31,609 bases of DNA from Polyangiaceae bacterium (GTDB lineage: Bacteria; Myxococcota_A; Polyangia; Polyangiales; Polyangiaceae). Position 1 is the first letter of the stretch. Every line of letters begins with the position of its first letter. Location: assembly GCA_046596645.1 (NCBI GenBank), contig JBKJLX010000360.1, forward strand, positions 1-31,609, in the 5' to 3' direction. Shown here piece after piece: positions 10,317 through 17,241 of this stretch. A program made the position numbers and the translations under genes. The notes below the pieces were generated by a model. That model made no database searches. It was not told the DNA's origin and saw nothing but the letters and a program-made list of their open reading frames with translations.

Positions 10317-11150
10317 TCAGCGCTTGCCGAGCTGCGCCTCGAGCTCGGCGACTCGACGCAGAGCAGCCGCTGCGCGGGCGGACTCCTGGTCGGCGCGGGC
10401 GGACTCCTGGTCGGCGCGGGCGGACTGCTGCTCGGCGCGGGCGGACTCCTGCTCTGCGCGAGCCGTGGCCAGCACCGCGCCGGTCGTGGCCAGCGCGGCC
10501 CGCTCCTCCCCGCTGGGCAGCACCGCGCCGTCGGGGCCGATCCAGCGGAGGAGCGGCGCCCCGACGTTTCCGGACCGACCGGGCACGACGCCCAGCGCGA
10601 GCCCCGTCACGCGCGACGGGAATCGACCCTCGGCGTCGGGCGAGCGAGCTCGGTAGCTCCTGGTCGAGGCGTCGAGCTCGAAGCCCTCGAGGCGGCTCGA
10701 GAAGGGGTCGAACAGGTAGTACTCCGCGACGTGGAGGAGCTTGGCGTAGATCCGCATCTTGTCGCCGCGGTCGACGTGCTCGGTGGAGGGCGAGGTGAGC
10801 TCGATCACGAGATCGGGGCCGCGACCGTCCTCCTCCCACACGACCCAGCTCTTCCGCTCGCGCTTGACGGTGTCCATGACCACGAAGACGTCGGGGCCGC
10901 GCACGTCGACGTTCCTGGCCTGGAGCTCGCTGTAGTAGACGAACATGTTGCCCGCGACGTACACGTCGTCGCGATCGCGCCACGCGTCGTTCAGCGTGGA
11001 GATGAGCAGCACCATCTGCTCGCGGTGACGTTCGGTCTCCATGGGCTCCCCGTCGTCGCAGGGGAGGTCCTCGCCGCGCGGCGGCGGCCTGAAATCGGGG
11101 TCGATGGGTGTCATCTCCGCGGTCACAGGGTACCTCCCGCGCGGGGTCAT
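10317..11150 (-). CDS. Uma2 family (DUF820) restriction-endonuclease-like protein. Its C-terminal tail is a tandem heptapeptide repeat, (ARAEQES/ARADQES)x4.
   Basis: Track ORF 10317..11150 (-). The translation reads ...MTPIDPDFRPPPRGEDLPCDDGEPMETERHREQMVLLISTLNDAWRDRDDVYVAGNMFVYY...IYAKLLHVAEYYLFDP..., which is the Uma2/DUF820 signature layout. An alternative start is the internal ATG at ~11114, which has GGAG upstream. Confidence 0.75.
   Translation of the reverse strand: MTPRGRYPVTAEMTPIDPDFRPPPRGEDLPCDDGEPMETERHREQMVLLISTLNDAWRDRDDVYVAGNMFVYYSELQARNVDVRGPDVFVVMDTVKRERKSWVVWEEDGRGPDLVIELTSPSTEHVDRGDKMRIYAKLLHVAEYYLFDPFSSRLEGFELDASTRSYRARSPDAEGRFPSRVTGLALGVVPGRSGNVGAPLLRWIGPDGAVLPSGEERAALATTGAVLATARAEQESARAEQQSARADQESARADQESARAAAALRRVAELEAQLGKR
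10374..10457 (-). repeat. Four tandem copies of the 21-bp unit gcgggcggactcctggtcggc. They encode the (ARA[ED]QES)n tail of the Uma2 gene above.
   Basis: Read directly from the sequence: near-perfect 21-bp units at 10374-10457. Confidence 0.8.
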
Positions 11151-11352
11151 GGCGAACCGCGTGCCGTCGCGCTGGGCCTCCGGAGCAAGGGCCGCGCCGT
11201 GGTCGGCGGGTGGCGGCGTCCCGGTGCGGGGTGGCGGCCGCCACTGCGACCCACGCGACGAGCTGCGCGCTGACGCCGCGTCGTCGCAGCCGGGGCAGGG
11301 CGGAGGTTAACGACAAGCCTGAGCCGATGCGCTGGAGCTCGTGCGCCGCTCG

Positions 11353-12201
11353 TCAGCGCGCCGGGGGGCTGCTCCGCGGCTTCGCGACGACGTCCTCGGC
11401 GCGCACGGTCGTCGCCGCAGCGCTCAGCCATTGCTCGAGGACCTGGCGGTTCTGCTGCCCGGCCACGGCGTCGTGCACGGGCGCGGGGTCGATGCCGCGA
11501 GCGGTCAGCACCGCGAGGATGCTGCTGCGAAGCGTGGCCTCGCCTCCTTCCTGGCGTCCTTCTTCGCGGCCTTCTTCGCGGCCTTCCTCGCGGCCTTCCT
11601 CGCGGCCTTCCTCGCGGACGGCGTCGAGGCCGGCGTAGCCCCTGCGCTGGAGCAGGTTCCGGAGCGTGGCGTCGTGGGCGGCGTCGCGATCGAAGAGGAC
11701 GGCGATCGGCACCGGGTTCTCGAGGATGCCCGGGGCGTGGAGCACGGCCCCCTCGCGGGCGACGCGCATCGCCGCGCCCGGCTCGTGGACCTCGACCCGG
11801 GGCTCGCCATCGAGGCGAGCCACCCAGATGAGCTTCGTGCCGGCGCCGAGCAGCTCCGCGATCTTGAGCTGCAGGGCGTCTTCGTCCTGGCCGACGTCGG
11901 CGTACTCCACGGCCAGCGGTGGCGCCTTCGTCGCCCAGCCAGGCGCGTCCTCGATGGGCCCGACCGCGACGTCTGGCGCGCGAAGCATCCCGGGCGCGGT
12001 CGAGATGCCCAGATCGACGCCGGCGGCCGCGACCTTCGGATCCGTCTCGAGCGCCGCGCCTCCGACGAGGTTGCGGGTGCTGCCGCGACGCCCCGTGGGG
12101 AGGCACAGTAGCGCGTGGCCGTCCGACAGCTCGTAGGGATCCTTCGAGCGGAGCTGGCTCGCCTGGAAGGGGCCGGGGGCGAGGTTTGGACGCCGCGTCA
12201 T
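11353..12201 (-). CDS. Uma2 family (DUF820) endonuclease-like protein, second paralog. It carries an internal (REEG)x6 tetrapeptide repeat.
   Basis: Track ORF 11353..12303 (-). The start was moved to the ATG complementary to ~12201 (MTRRPNLAPGPFQASQLRSKDPYELSDGHALLCLPTG...). The translation contains ...KLIWVARLDGEPRVEVHEPGA... and then REEGREEGREEGREEGREEGRQEG. Confidence 0.7.
   Translation of the reverse strand: MTRRPNLAPGPFQASQLRSKDPYELSDGHALLCLPTGRRGSTRNLVGGAALETDPKVAAAGVDLGISTAPGMLRAPDVAVGPIEDAPGWATKAPPLAVEYADVGQDEDALQLKIAELLGAGTKLIWVARLDGEPRVEVHEPGAAMRVAREGAVLHAPGILENPVPIAVLFDRDAAHDATLRNLLQRRGYAGLDAVREEGREEGREEGREEGREEGRQEGGEATLRSSILAVLTARGIDPAPVHDAVAGQQNRQVLEQWLSAAATTVRAEDVVAKPRSSPPAR
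11548..11607 (-). repeat. About 5-6 tandem copies of the 12-bp unit gccttc(c/t)tcgcg. They encode (REEG)n in the second Uma2 gene.
   Basis: Read directly from the sequence at 11548-11607. Confidence 0.8.
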
Positions 12202-12226
12202 GACCTCGCAGCGTAGCAGCGGATGC

Positions 12227-12480
12227 TCACTCCAGGCCGATGGCGATGGTGAATGCGCGCGCCAGTGCCTCGTCGGCGGCGGAGGCGGGTCGGGGCAGCG
12301 CATCGTGGAGCCCGCTCTGCCAGCTCATGGCGTGGAAGAGCTCGTGGGCGAGCACGGCGAGACCTTCGCGTGCGTCGAGCCATCCTCCTCGAGGACGTCG
12401 TTCGGCACGTAGACGAAGTGCGAGCGGTGCTCGGCGTAGCCCCAGATGCCGATACGGGCCAGACCGCCGTGGCCCCACAA
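12227..12480 (-). pseudogene. Possible frameshifted remnant of a small HExxH metallopeptidase-like gene. Two adjacent minus frames join to give ...GIWGYAEHRSHFVYVPNDVLEEDG / WLDAREGLAVLAHELFHAMSWQSGLHDA....
   Basis: HELFH lies in the 12227..12511 (-) ORF and GYAEH lies in the C-terminal end of the 12325..13134 (-) ORF. The frames switch near the GAGGAGGATGGCTCG run at ~12395-12405. The region is otherwise an unexplained ~400-bp gap between the short SPFH gene and the second Uma2 gene. Confidence 0.25.
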
Positions 12481-12605
12481 GCGTTGCGAGGTTCGTGATC
12501 GCGCCGGACATTGTCTGTCCGCACGCGGGGGCCCTTTTCGCCGCGCTGGCTGATCAGCAGCGGCAGGCGGCGCCGGACGCAGCACGTCGAGCCCGACTCG
12601 AACGC

Positions 12606-13181
12606 TCACCCACGGTAGGCGGAGCCGACCCCCACCCGCACGCCGGTGATGGCGAGGTCGCCGAGGGTGAAGCCGTCGAGGTCGGTCCCGACCTCCTCGG
12701 TCACCCGGTCGCAGAGCTCGCTGCGATCGCGATCGATCGCGTCCGCGCGAAGGTCGCGCGCGACCGACTCCAGGGCGTGGTTGAGCCTGGGGAGGAAGCG
12801 CTGCCGCACCGCCTCGGGGTCGGACGCCGCGGCCGCGCCCAGGATCTGCGCTGCGCGCAGGACGTCGTCGCGCGTCTTGTGGATGCGCAGGTGGAACGTC
12901 GCGGTGAGCTCGACCTGCTCGTCGTCGCGGGTGCGCAGCGACGCGTCTCCGCGGCGCTCGATGGCGACCAGGTGCTCGCGTAGGCTCACCCGCTCCATCC
13001 GGTGGAGCATCGGGATAACGACGGCGGCGTCGAAGGCCACCAGCGACCCGTGGGGCGACGGTCGGGTCACCACCAGCGCCTCGTCGGGGGCTGCCTTCTT
13101 GTAGAACGCGGCGATCATCACGACCAGGCCGCACAGGATGAGCCCGATCAGGCCGACGCCGAGAAGGACGGTGAGCGCCAC
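12606..13181 (-). CDS. Short SPFH/Band-7 domain protein of about 191 aa: one TM helix plus an SPFH core. It stops where flotillins begin their coiled coil.
   Basis: Correct frame is the C-terminal part of track ORF 12606..14390 (-). Starting from the GTG at 13181, which overlaps the NfeD stop (cTGAcgGTG), it reads (M)ALTVLLGVGLIGLILCGLVVMIAAFYKKAAPDEALVVTRPS...LRIHKTRDDVLRAAQILG...GTDLDGFTLGDLAITGV.... This is homologous to, but divergent from, the N-terminus of the 7948..10143 flotillin. Confidence 0.7.
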   Translation of the reverse strand: MALTVLLGVGLIGLILCGLVVMIAAFYKKAAPDEALVVTRPSPHGSLVAFDAAVVIPMLHRMERVSLREHLVAIERRGDASLRTRDDEQVELTATFHLRIHKTRDDVLRAAQILGAAAASDPEAVRQRFLPRLNHALESVARDLRADAIDRDRSELCDRVTEEVGTDLDGFTLGDLAITGVRVGVGSAYRG

Positions 13182-13183
13182 CG

Positions 13184-14047
13184 TCAGCGCCGCGCTCGTT
13201 CGGCGCCCGTCTCTCTCTCGGCCAGCACCGCCTCGACCTCGGCCCTGGCCTCGCGCAGCGCCTCGGCGTTCGCTGGCGCGCCGGGGTCGGCGAGGATGTC
13301 GGTCATCTTCTCGATGCGGAACAGGCCACCCTCCTCGTCGACGATGAGGCAGCGATCGCCGCGCCGGAGGTCCAGCGCCGGATCGGCGCGCACCTGGACG
13401 ATGAGGCCGGCGCCGCCGTCCTCCAGGGTGGCCTGGCCGAAGCCCTGGTCGACGCGGCCCGTCGACACCACCGCCACCCGACCCACGAGGTGGACGTGGC
13501 GCTTGGCGTGCCGCGTCTGGAAGAGCGGCGCGATGGGGCGGACGGCGAACGAGGTCAGGATCAGGGACAGGATCGCGGAGCCGAGCAGGATGGGGATGCT
13601 CAAGAGCCACGCCGGCAGGCCGAGAGCCCCCGCGAAGGTCATCACCGCGAGCGAGCTGAGCATCCAGCCGAAGAGCGAGAAGAAGGAGACGACGACGGTC
13701 ACCGGCGCGTCGCGCAGGCGCAGGGCCGAGGCGAGCGTGGCGAGGACCCCGCTGTCGGGGAGGTCGGCGTCCACGTCGTGCCCGTCGAAGCCGTCGGCCA
13801 CACCGCTCTTCGCCTCCAGCGCACCCTTGACGCTGCCCTCGAGGACGCCCTTTGCGGCGCCCTCGAGCGCTCCCTTGGCGGCGCCCTCGAGGACGCCCTT
13901 GGCTGCGCCGTCGATGGCGCCGTCGGCGGCGCTGTCGAGGTCGACGGCGCCGACGAGGACGAAGACCCAGTAGATGAGCGATAGGCCGAGCAGGACGGTG
14001 AAGATCACCGTCGGGAACGACGCCGCAATCGCCAGGATCCCCGCCAT
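13184..14047 (-). CDS. NfeD-like (YqiJ/YuaF-like) membrane protein. It has N-terminal TM helices, an internal (AAKGVLEG)n repeat linker, more TM helices and a C-terminal NfeD OB-fold.
   Basis: Track ORF 13184..14047 (-). The translation reads MAGILAIAASFPTVIFTVLLGLSLIYWVFVLVG...; ...HLVGRVAVVSTGRVDQGFGQATLEDGGAGLIVQVRADPALDLRRGDRCLIVDEEGGLFRIEKM is the typical NfeD beta-barrel. Sitting directly upstream of an SPFH gene is the canonical NfeD-SPFH operon arrangement. Confidence 0.8.
   Translation of the reverse strand: MAGILAIAASFPTVIFTVLLGLSLIYWVFVLVGAVDLDSAADGAIDGAAKGVLEGAAKGALEGAAKGVLEGSVKGALEAKSGVADGFDGHDVDADLPDSGVLATLASALRLRDAPVTVVVSFFSLFGWMLSSLAVMTFAGALGLPAWLLSIPILLGSAILSLILTSFAVRPIAPLFQTRHAKRHVHLVGRVAVVSTGRVDQGFGQATLEDGGAGLIVQVRADPALDLRRGDRCLIVDEEGGLFRIEKMTDILADPGAPANAEALREARAEVEAVLAERETGAERARR
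13823..13925 (-). repeat. About 3.5 tandem copies of a 24-bp unit (ggcgccctcgaggacgcccttggc-like). They encode the (AAKG[VA]LEG)n repeats inside the NfeD gene.
   Basis: Read directly from the sequence at 13823-13925. Confidence 0.7.
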
Positions 14048-14127
14048 GGCGGCATGGTGGCACGGCGCGCTGGACGATTGTGGGTTTGACCGGAATCGGG
14101 GCGCGCTCGTACCCTCGACCGCGCTGT

Positions 14128-14655
14128 ATGGCGAACATCGAAGTGACCCAGAGCCGGCCTGACGAGGCGGCTCCGGACCCGCAGCCCATCGACCCCAAGC
14201 TCAAGCTGCTCCTGAGCATCGGCGCCATCCTCGCGGCGCAAGGGGGCGAGGACTCGGAGTTCGCCAGCCTGAAGAACCAGGCGCGAGAGCTCGCCACACG
14301 CGATCCCATCGACACGCTGCTCGCGACCGTCCTCGGCGGCGGGCTCCTCTTCCACCACCTGGAGAAGGGCAAGAACCCACGCTGCAACACGGTGTGGGAC
14401 GCGATCCTCTACGTCGCGACGAGCCTCTCGGTCGGCTACGACGACGTGTTTCCCAAGACCCAGGCGGGCAACGCCCTGGCGTCCGCGATCCACACGTTCG
14501 GCCCGGCGCTCGCGGCGCAGGCCCTGCAACCGCCGGCCTCCCGCGCCGCGGCGCGCGACCGCGAGGCGCATCGTACCAACGAGGAGCTTCTCGCGGTCAA
14601 TCGCGCCATCCTCCAGCGCCTCTCCGAGATCTCCGCATCGCTTCAGAACAAGTGA
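14128..14655 (+). CDS. Small two-TM protein resembling a potassium channel pore (KcsA-like). The selectivity filter is non-canonical: SVGYDD in place of TVGYGD.
   Basis: Frame of track ORF 14080..14655 (+). The start was moved to the ATG at 14128 (MANIEVTQS...). The translation reads ...IDTLLATVLGGGLLFHHLEKGKNPRCNTVWDAILYVATSLSVGYDDVFPKTQAGNALASAI.... The spacing matches KcsA's ...ALWWSVETATTVGYGDLYPVTLWGRCVAVVVMVAG... pore-helix/filter layout. Confidence 0.6.
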   Translation: MANIEVTQSRPDEAAPDPQPIDPKLKLLLSIGAILAAQGGEDSEFASLKNQARELATRDPIDTLLATVLGGGLLFHHLEKGKNPRCNTVWDAILYVATSLSVGYDDVFPKTQAGNALASAIHTFGPALAAQALQPPASRAAARDREAHRTNEELLAVNRAILQRLSEISASLQNK

Positions 14656-14854
14656 CCGGCGACCCTCCGGAGGCATCCCCCTCGACGGGTCGACCTTTCG
14701 CGCCAGCGTTCCGCGTACGTCGGCGCACAAAGCGATAGCATGACGGGCGTTGACCTCCGCCAAACCTCCCAAGCCGCAACTGGGCGCGAGCGGACTGCCC
14801 CAGCTGGACGACTTCGAGCCGGACGTCACGACGACCCGTCAGACCGATCCGACC

Positions 14855-15697
14855 ATGTCGGGACCCGCGTCGCGCATGAGCGCGCGTCCCATGCTCACCG
14901 TCGTCTCCGGACTGGAGGCGGGGCGGATCGTCGCGTTCGATCGCGACGAGATCGTCCTCGGCCGCGGTTCGACCTGCCACGTGGTGCTGCCGGACGACGG
15001 CATCAGCCGCATGCACGCGGTGGTGCGCCGACGGGGTGACGAGTACGTCCTCGAGGATCTGCGGTCGAAGAACGGAACGTTCATCGAAGGTGAGCCGGTC
15101 GTTCTCCGGGCCATCGGGCTCGACGTCACGTTCCAGCTGGGACCCAACGTCGTGGTGCGGCTCTCGCTCATGACCCAGGCGGAGGCGCGGCTCGCCCTCC
15201 AGCTCTACGACTCCTCGATGCGTGACCCGCTGACGCAGTGCTACAACCGCCGCTACTTCTTCGAGCGGCTGCGCAGCGAGATCGCCTACGCCGAGCGGCA
15301 CCGCAGCGCGGTCAGCCTGGTGGTGTTCGACTTCGACCATTTCAAGCGCCTGAACGACGAACACGGTCACCCCACCGGGGACGACGTGCTGCGGCTCGGG
15401 GCGGCGCGCGTGCTGGCCGCTCTCCGCACCGAGGACGTGCTCGCCCGCATCGGCGGCGAGGAGTTTGCGGTCGTCCTCCGCGGCATCGAGCACGGTCATG
15501 CGGTCCTCTGCGCGGAGCGCGTGCGACGCGCGGTCGAGGCGGGTGTCTTGCCCGTCCGCGCGACCATCAGCGCCGGCGTCTCGACCACCGACGACATGCC
15601 CGCCTCGACCCCCCAGGGCCTGTTCGAGATCGCCGACGGCCGGCTCTACGAGGCAAAGGCCGCTGGGCGCAACCGGGTCTGCGGGCGCACCACCTGA
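14855..15697 (+). CDS. FHA-domain diguanylate cyclase, FHA-GGDEF. Both the GGEEF active site and an RxxD I-site are intact.
   Basis: Frame of track ORF 14750..15697 (+). The start is probably the ATG at 14855 (MSGPASRMSARPML...); 14750 would be a TTG. The FHA part reads GRGSTCHVVLPDDGISRMHAVVRRRGDEYVLEDLRSKNGTFIEG. The GGDEF part reads ...FDFDHFKRLNDEHGHPTGDDVL...RTEDVLARIGGEEFAVVL.... Confidence 0.85.
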   Translation: MSGPASRMSARPMLTVVSGLEAGRIVAFDRDEIVLGRGSTCHVVLPDDGISRMHAVVRRRGDEYVLEDLRSKNGTFIEGEPVVLRAIGLDVTFQLGPNVVVRLSLMTQAEARLALQLYDSSMRDPLTQCYNRRYFFERLRSEIAYAERHRSAVSLVVFDFDHFKRLNDEHGHPTGDDVLRLGAARVLAALRTEDVLARIGGEEFAVVLRGIEHGHAVLCAERVRRAVEAGVLPVRATISAGVSTTDDMPASTPQGLFEIADGRLYEAKAAGRNRVCGRTT

Positions 15698-15747
15698 GCC
15701 ATCGGCACGCCGCCACGTCAGCTTGACGCCCTTCTCGGCCACGGAGG

Positions 15748-17241
15748 ATGCTCGCCCCGATGTCCGCGCCTCTGCCCTCGAATGTGGCGCCCTTCTCGCT
15801 GGCCGAGGTGCTCGCGGCCACCGGCGGCGCGCTGGTCCGTGAAGGCCGCTCGGAGGGGCGGGGCGCCCCACTTCCGTCGGTCGTCGGCGTCTCGACCGAC
15901 ACCCGCTTCACCGCGGCCGGCCAGGCCTTCATCGCGCTGATGGGGGACCGGTTCGATGGCCACGACCACCTGGAGAGCGCGGCGCGCGCCGGCGCGACCA
16001 TCCTGCTCGTATCGAAGGAAGCGCGTGTCCTCCCCGGGCCCGCGATCGTCCGGGTGGACGACACGGTCCGCGCGCTGGGCGACCTCGCTCGCGCCCATCG
16101 GCGCCGCTGGGCGCGTACGCGCCGCGGCCACGATCGCAAGGTGATCGCCATCACCGGCTCCGCCGGGAAGACGACGACCCGGCGCGCCATCGCCGCCGTC
16201 CTCACCGCGGCGGGCGCGTCGGTCCACGCCACCGGGCACAACTTCAACAACCAGATCGGGGTGCCGCTCACGCTGCTCGGCCTCGACGACCGCCACGACC
16301 TGGCCGTGATCGAGATCGGCACCAGCCGGCGCGGAGAGATCGCGGCGGGCGCCGCGATCGCCGAGCCCGACGTCGGCGTCCTCACGCTGGTCGCCGACGC
16401 CCACGGCGAGGGCCTGGGATCGGCTTGGAACATCGCGGTGGAGAAGGGCGATCTCCTGGCGGCGTTGCCGCCAGGAGGCGTGGCGATCGCCAATGGCGAC
16501 GATCCCCGCGCGGCCGCGCAGCTGCTCCGCTCGCCGGCGGCGACCTGGCTGCGCTGGGGCGAGGACCCCGCGGCGGACGTGATGCTGGTGGCGCGCGAGA
16601 TGCGCGGCACCGCGGGCCAGTACCTGCGGGTGCGCGTCCTGGGCGCCAGCTCGGTGCGTCCGCTCCTCGAGGTGGAGGTGGCGATGCTCGGCAGGGCCGG
16701 GGTGTCGGCCGCGCTCGCGGCGATCGCCGCGGCCGAGGCGGTGCTGCCTGGCGGCGCCCCCGCGAGCGACGCGTTGTCGCGCGCGCTCGGCGGTGACGCC
16801 GCGCGCGAGCCGGGGCGCATGTCGCCGCGCACCCGGCCCGACGGCGCGATCATCCTCGACGACGCCTACAACGCCAACCCGGCCTCCATGATCGCGAGCA
16901 TCGAGGCCGCGCGCGAGATCGCGCGGGCCGAGGGCCGCCGGCTGATCCTCATCCTCGGCGAGATGTACGAGCTGGGCCCGCAGACCGAGGCGTTGCACGA
17001 GGAGGTCGCGCGCGTCGCCGCCTTCGGGCGCCCGGCGGCGATCATCGCGGTGAAGGGGCTCGCGTCGCGCTACCTCGACGCGGCGAAGCGCTACGGCGTG
17101 GAGTGCGAGCTGGTGGCCGACGCCGCGGCGGCGCTGAGCGTCGCGCGGCGGGTGATCGCGCCGGAAGACCTGGTGCTGGTCAAGGCGTCGCACGGCGTCG
17201 GGCTCTCCGCGGTCGCCACCGCGCTGGCGGAGGGCGAGTGA
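15748..17241 (+). CDS. murF: UDP-N-acetylmuramoyl-tripeptide--D-alanyl-D-alanine ligase (MurF).
   Basis: Track ORF 15748..17241 (+). The translation reads ...TDTRFTAAGQAFIALMGDRFDGHDHLESAARAGA...KVIAITGSAGKTTTRRAIAAVL...NNQIGVPLTLLGL...ILDDAYNANPASM..., the canonical MurF motifs. GGAGG sits just upstream of the start ATG (15748-15750). Confidence 0.85.
   Translation: MLAPMSAPLPSNVAPFSLAEVLAATGGALVREGRSEGRGAPLPSVVGVSTDTRFTAAGQAFIALMGDRFDGHDHLESAARAGATILLVSKEARVLPGPAIVRVDDTVRALGDLARAHRRRWARTRRGHDRKVIAITGSAGKTTTRRAIAAVLTAAGASVHATGHNFNNQIGVPLTLLGLDDRHDLAVIEIGTSRRGEIAAGAAIAEPDVGVLTLVADAHGEGLGSAWNIAVEKGDLLAALPPGGVAIANGDDPRAAAQLLRSPAATWLRWGEDPAADVMLVAREMRGTAGQYLRVRVLGASSVRPLLEVEVAMLGRAGVSAALAAIAAAEAVLPGGAPASDALSRALGGDAAREPGRMSPRTRPDGAIILDDAYNANPASMIASIEAAREIARAEGRRLILILGEMYELGPQTEALHEEVARVAAFGRPAAIIAVKGLASRYLDAAKRYGVECELVADAAAALSVARRVIAPEDLVLVKASHGVGLSAVATALAEGE

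Noticed and set aside
4777-10656. 1959-aa plus-strand ORF spanning the antisense of the giant ATPase and the flotillin.
   Set aside because: Its translation is low-complexity (Leu/Arg/Gly/Asp-rich) with no recognisable domains. It is exactly antisense to two well-supported genes. This is a classic stop-poor shadow frame in ~72% GC DNA.
10261-12111. Several ORFs of 180-351 aa on both strands overlapping the Uma2 genes: 10261..11316 (-), 11147..12106 (-), 11341..12111 (+) and 10731..11273 (+).
   Set aside because: These are shadow frames. Only the frames giving Uma2/DUF820-like translations have recognisable protein features.
14656-14854. TTGACC -35-like hexamer and a GGTCGACC palindrome upstream of the FHA-GGDEF gene.
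   Set aside because: No matching -10 could be found at the right spacing, and the 8-bp palindrome is trivial at this GC content.
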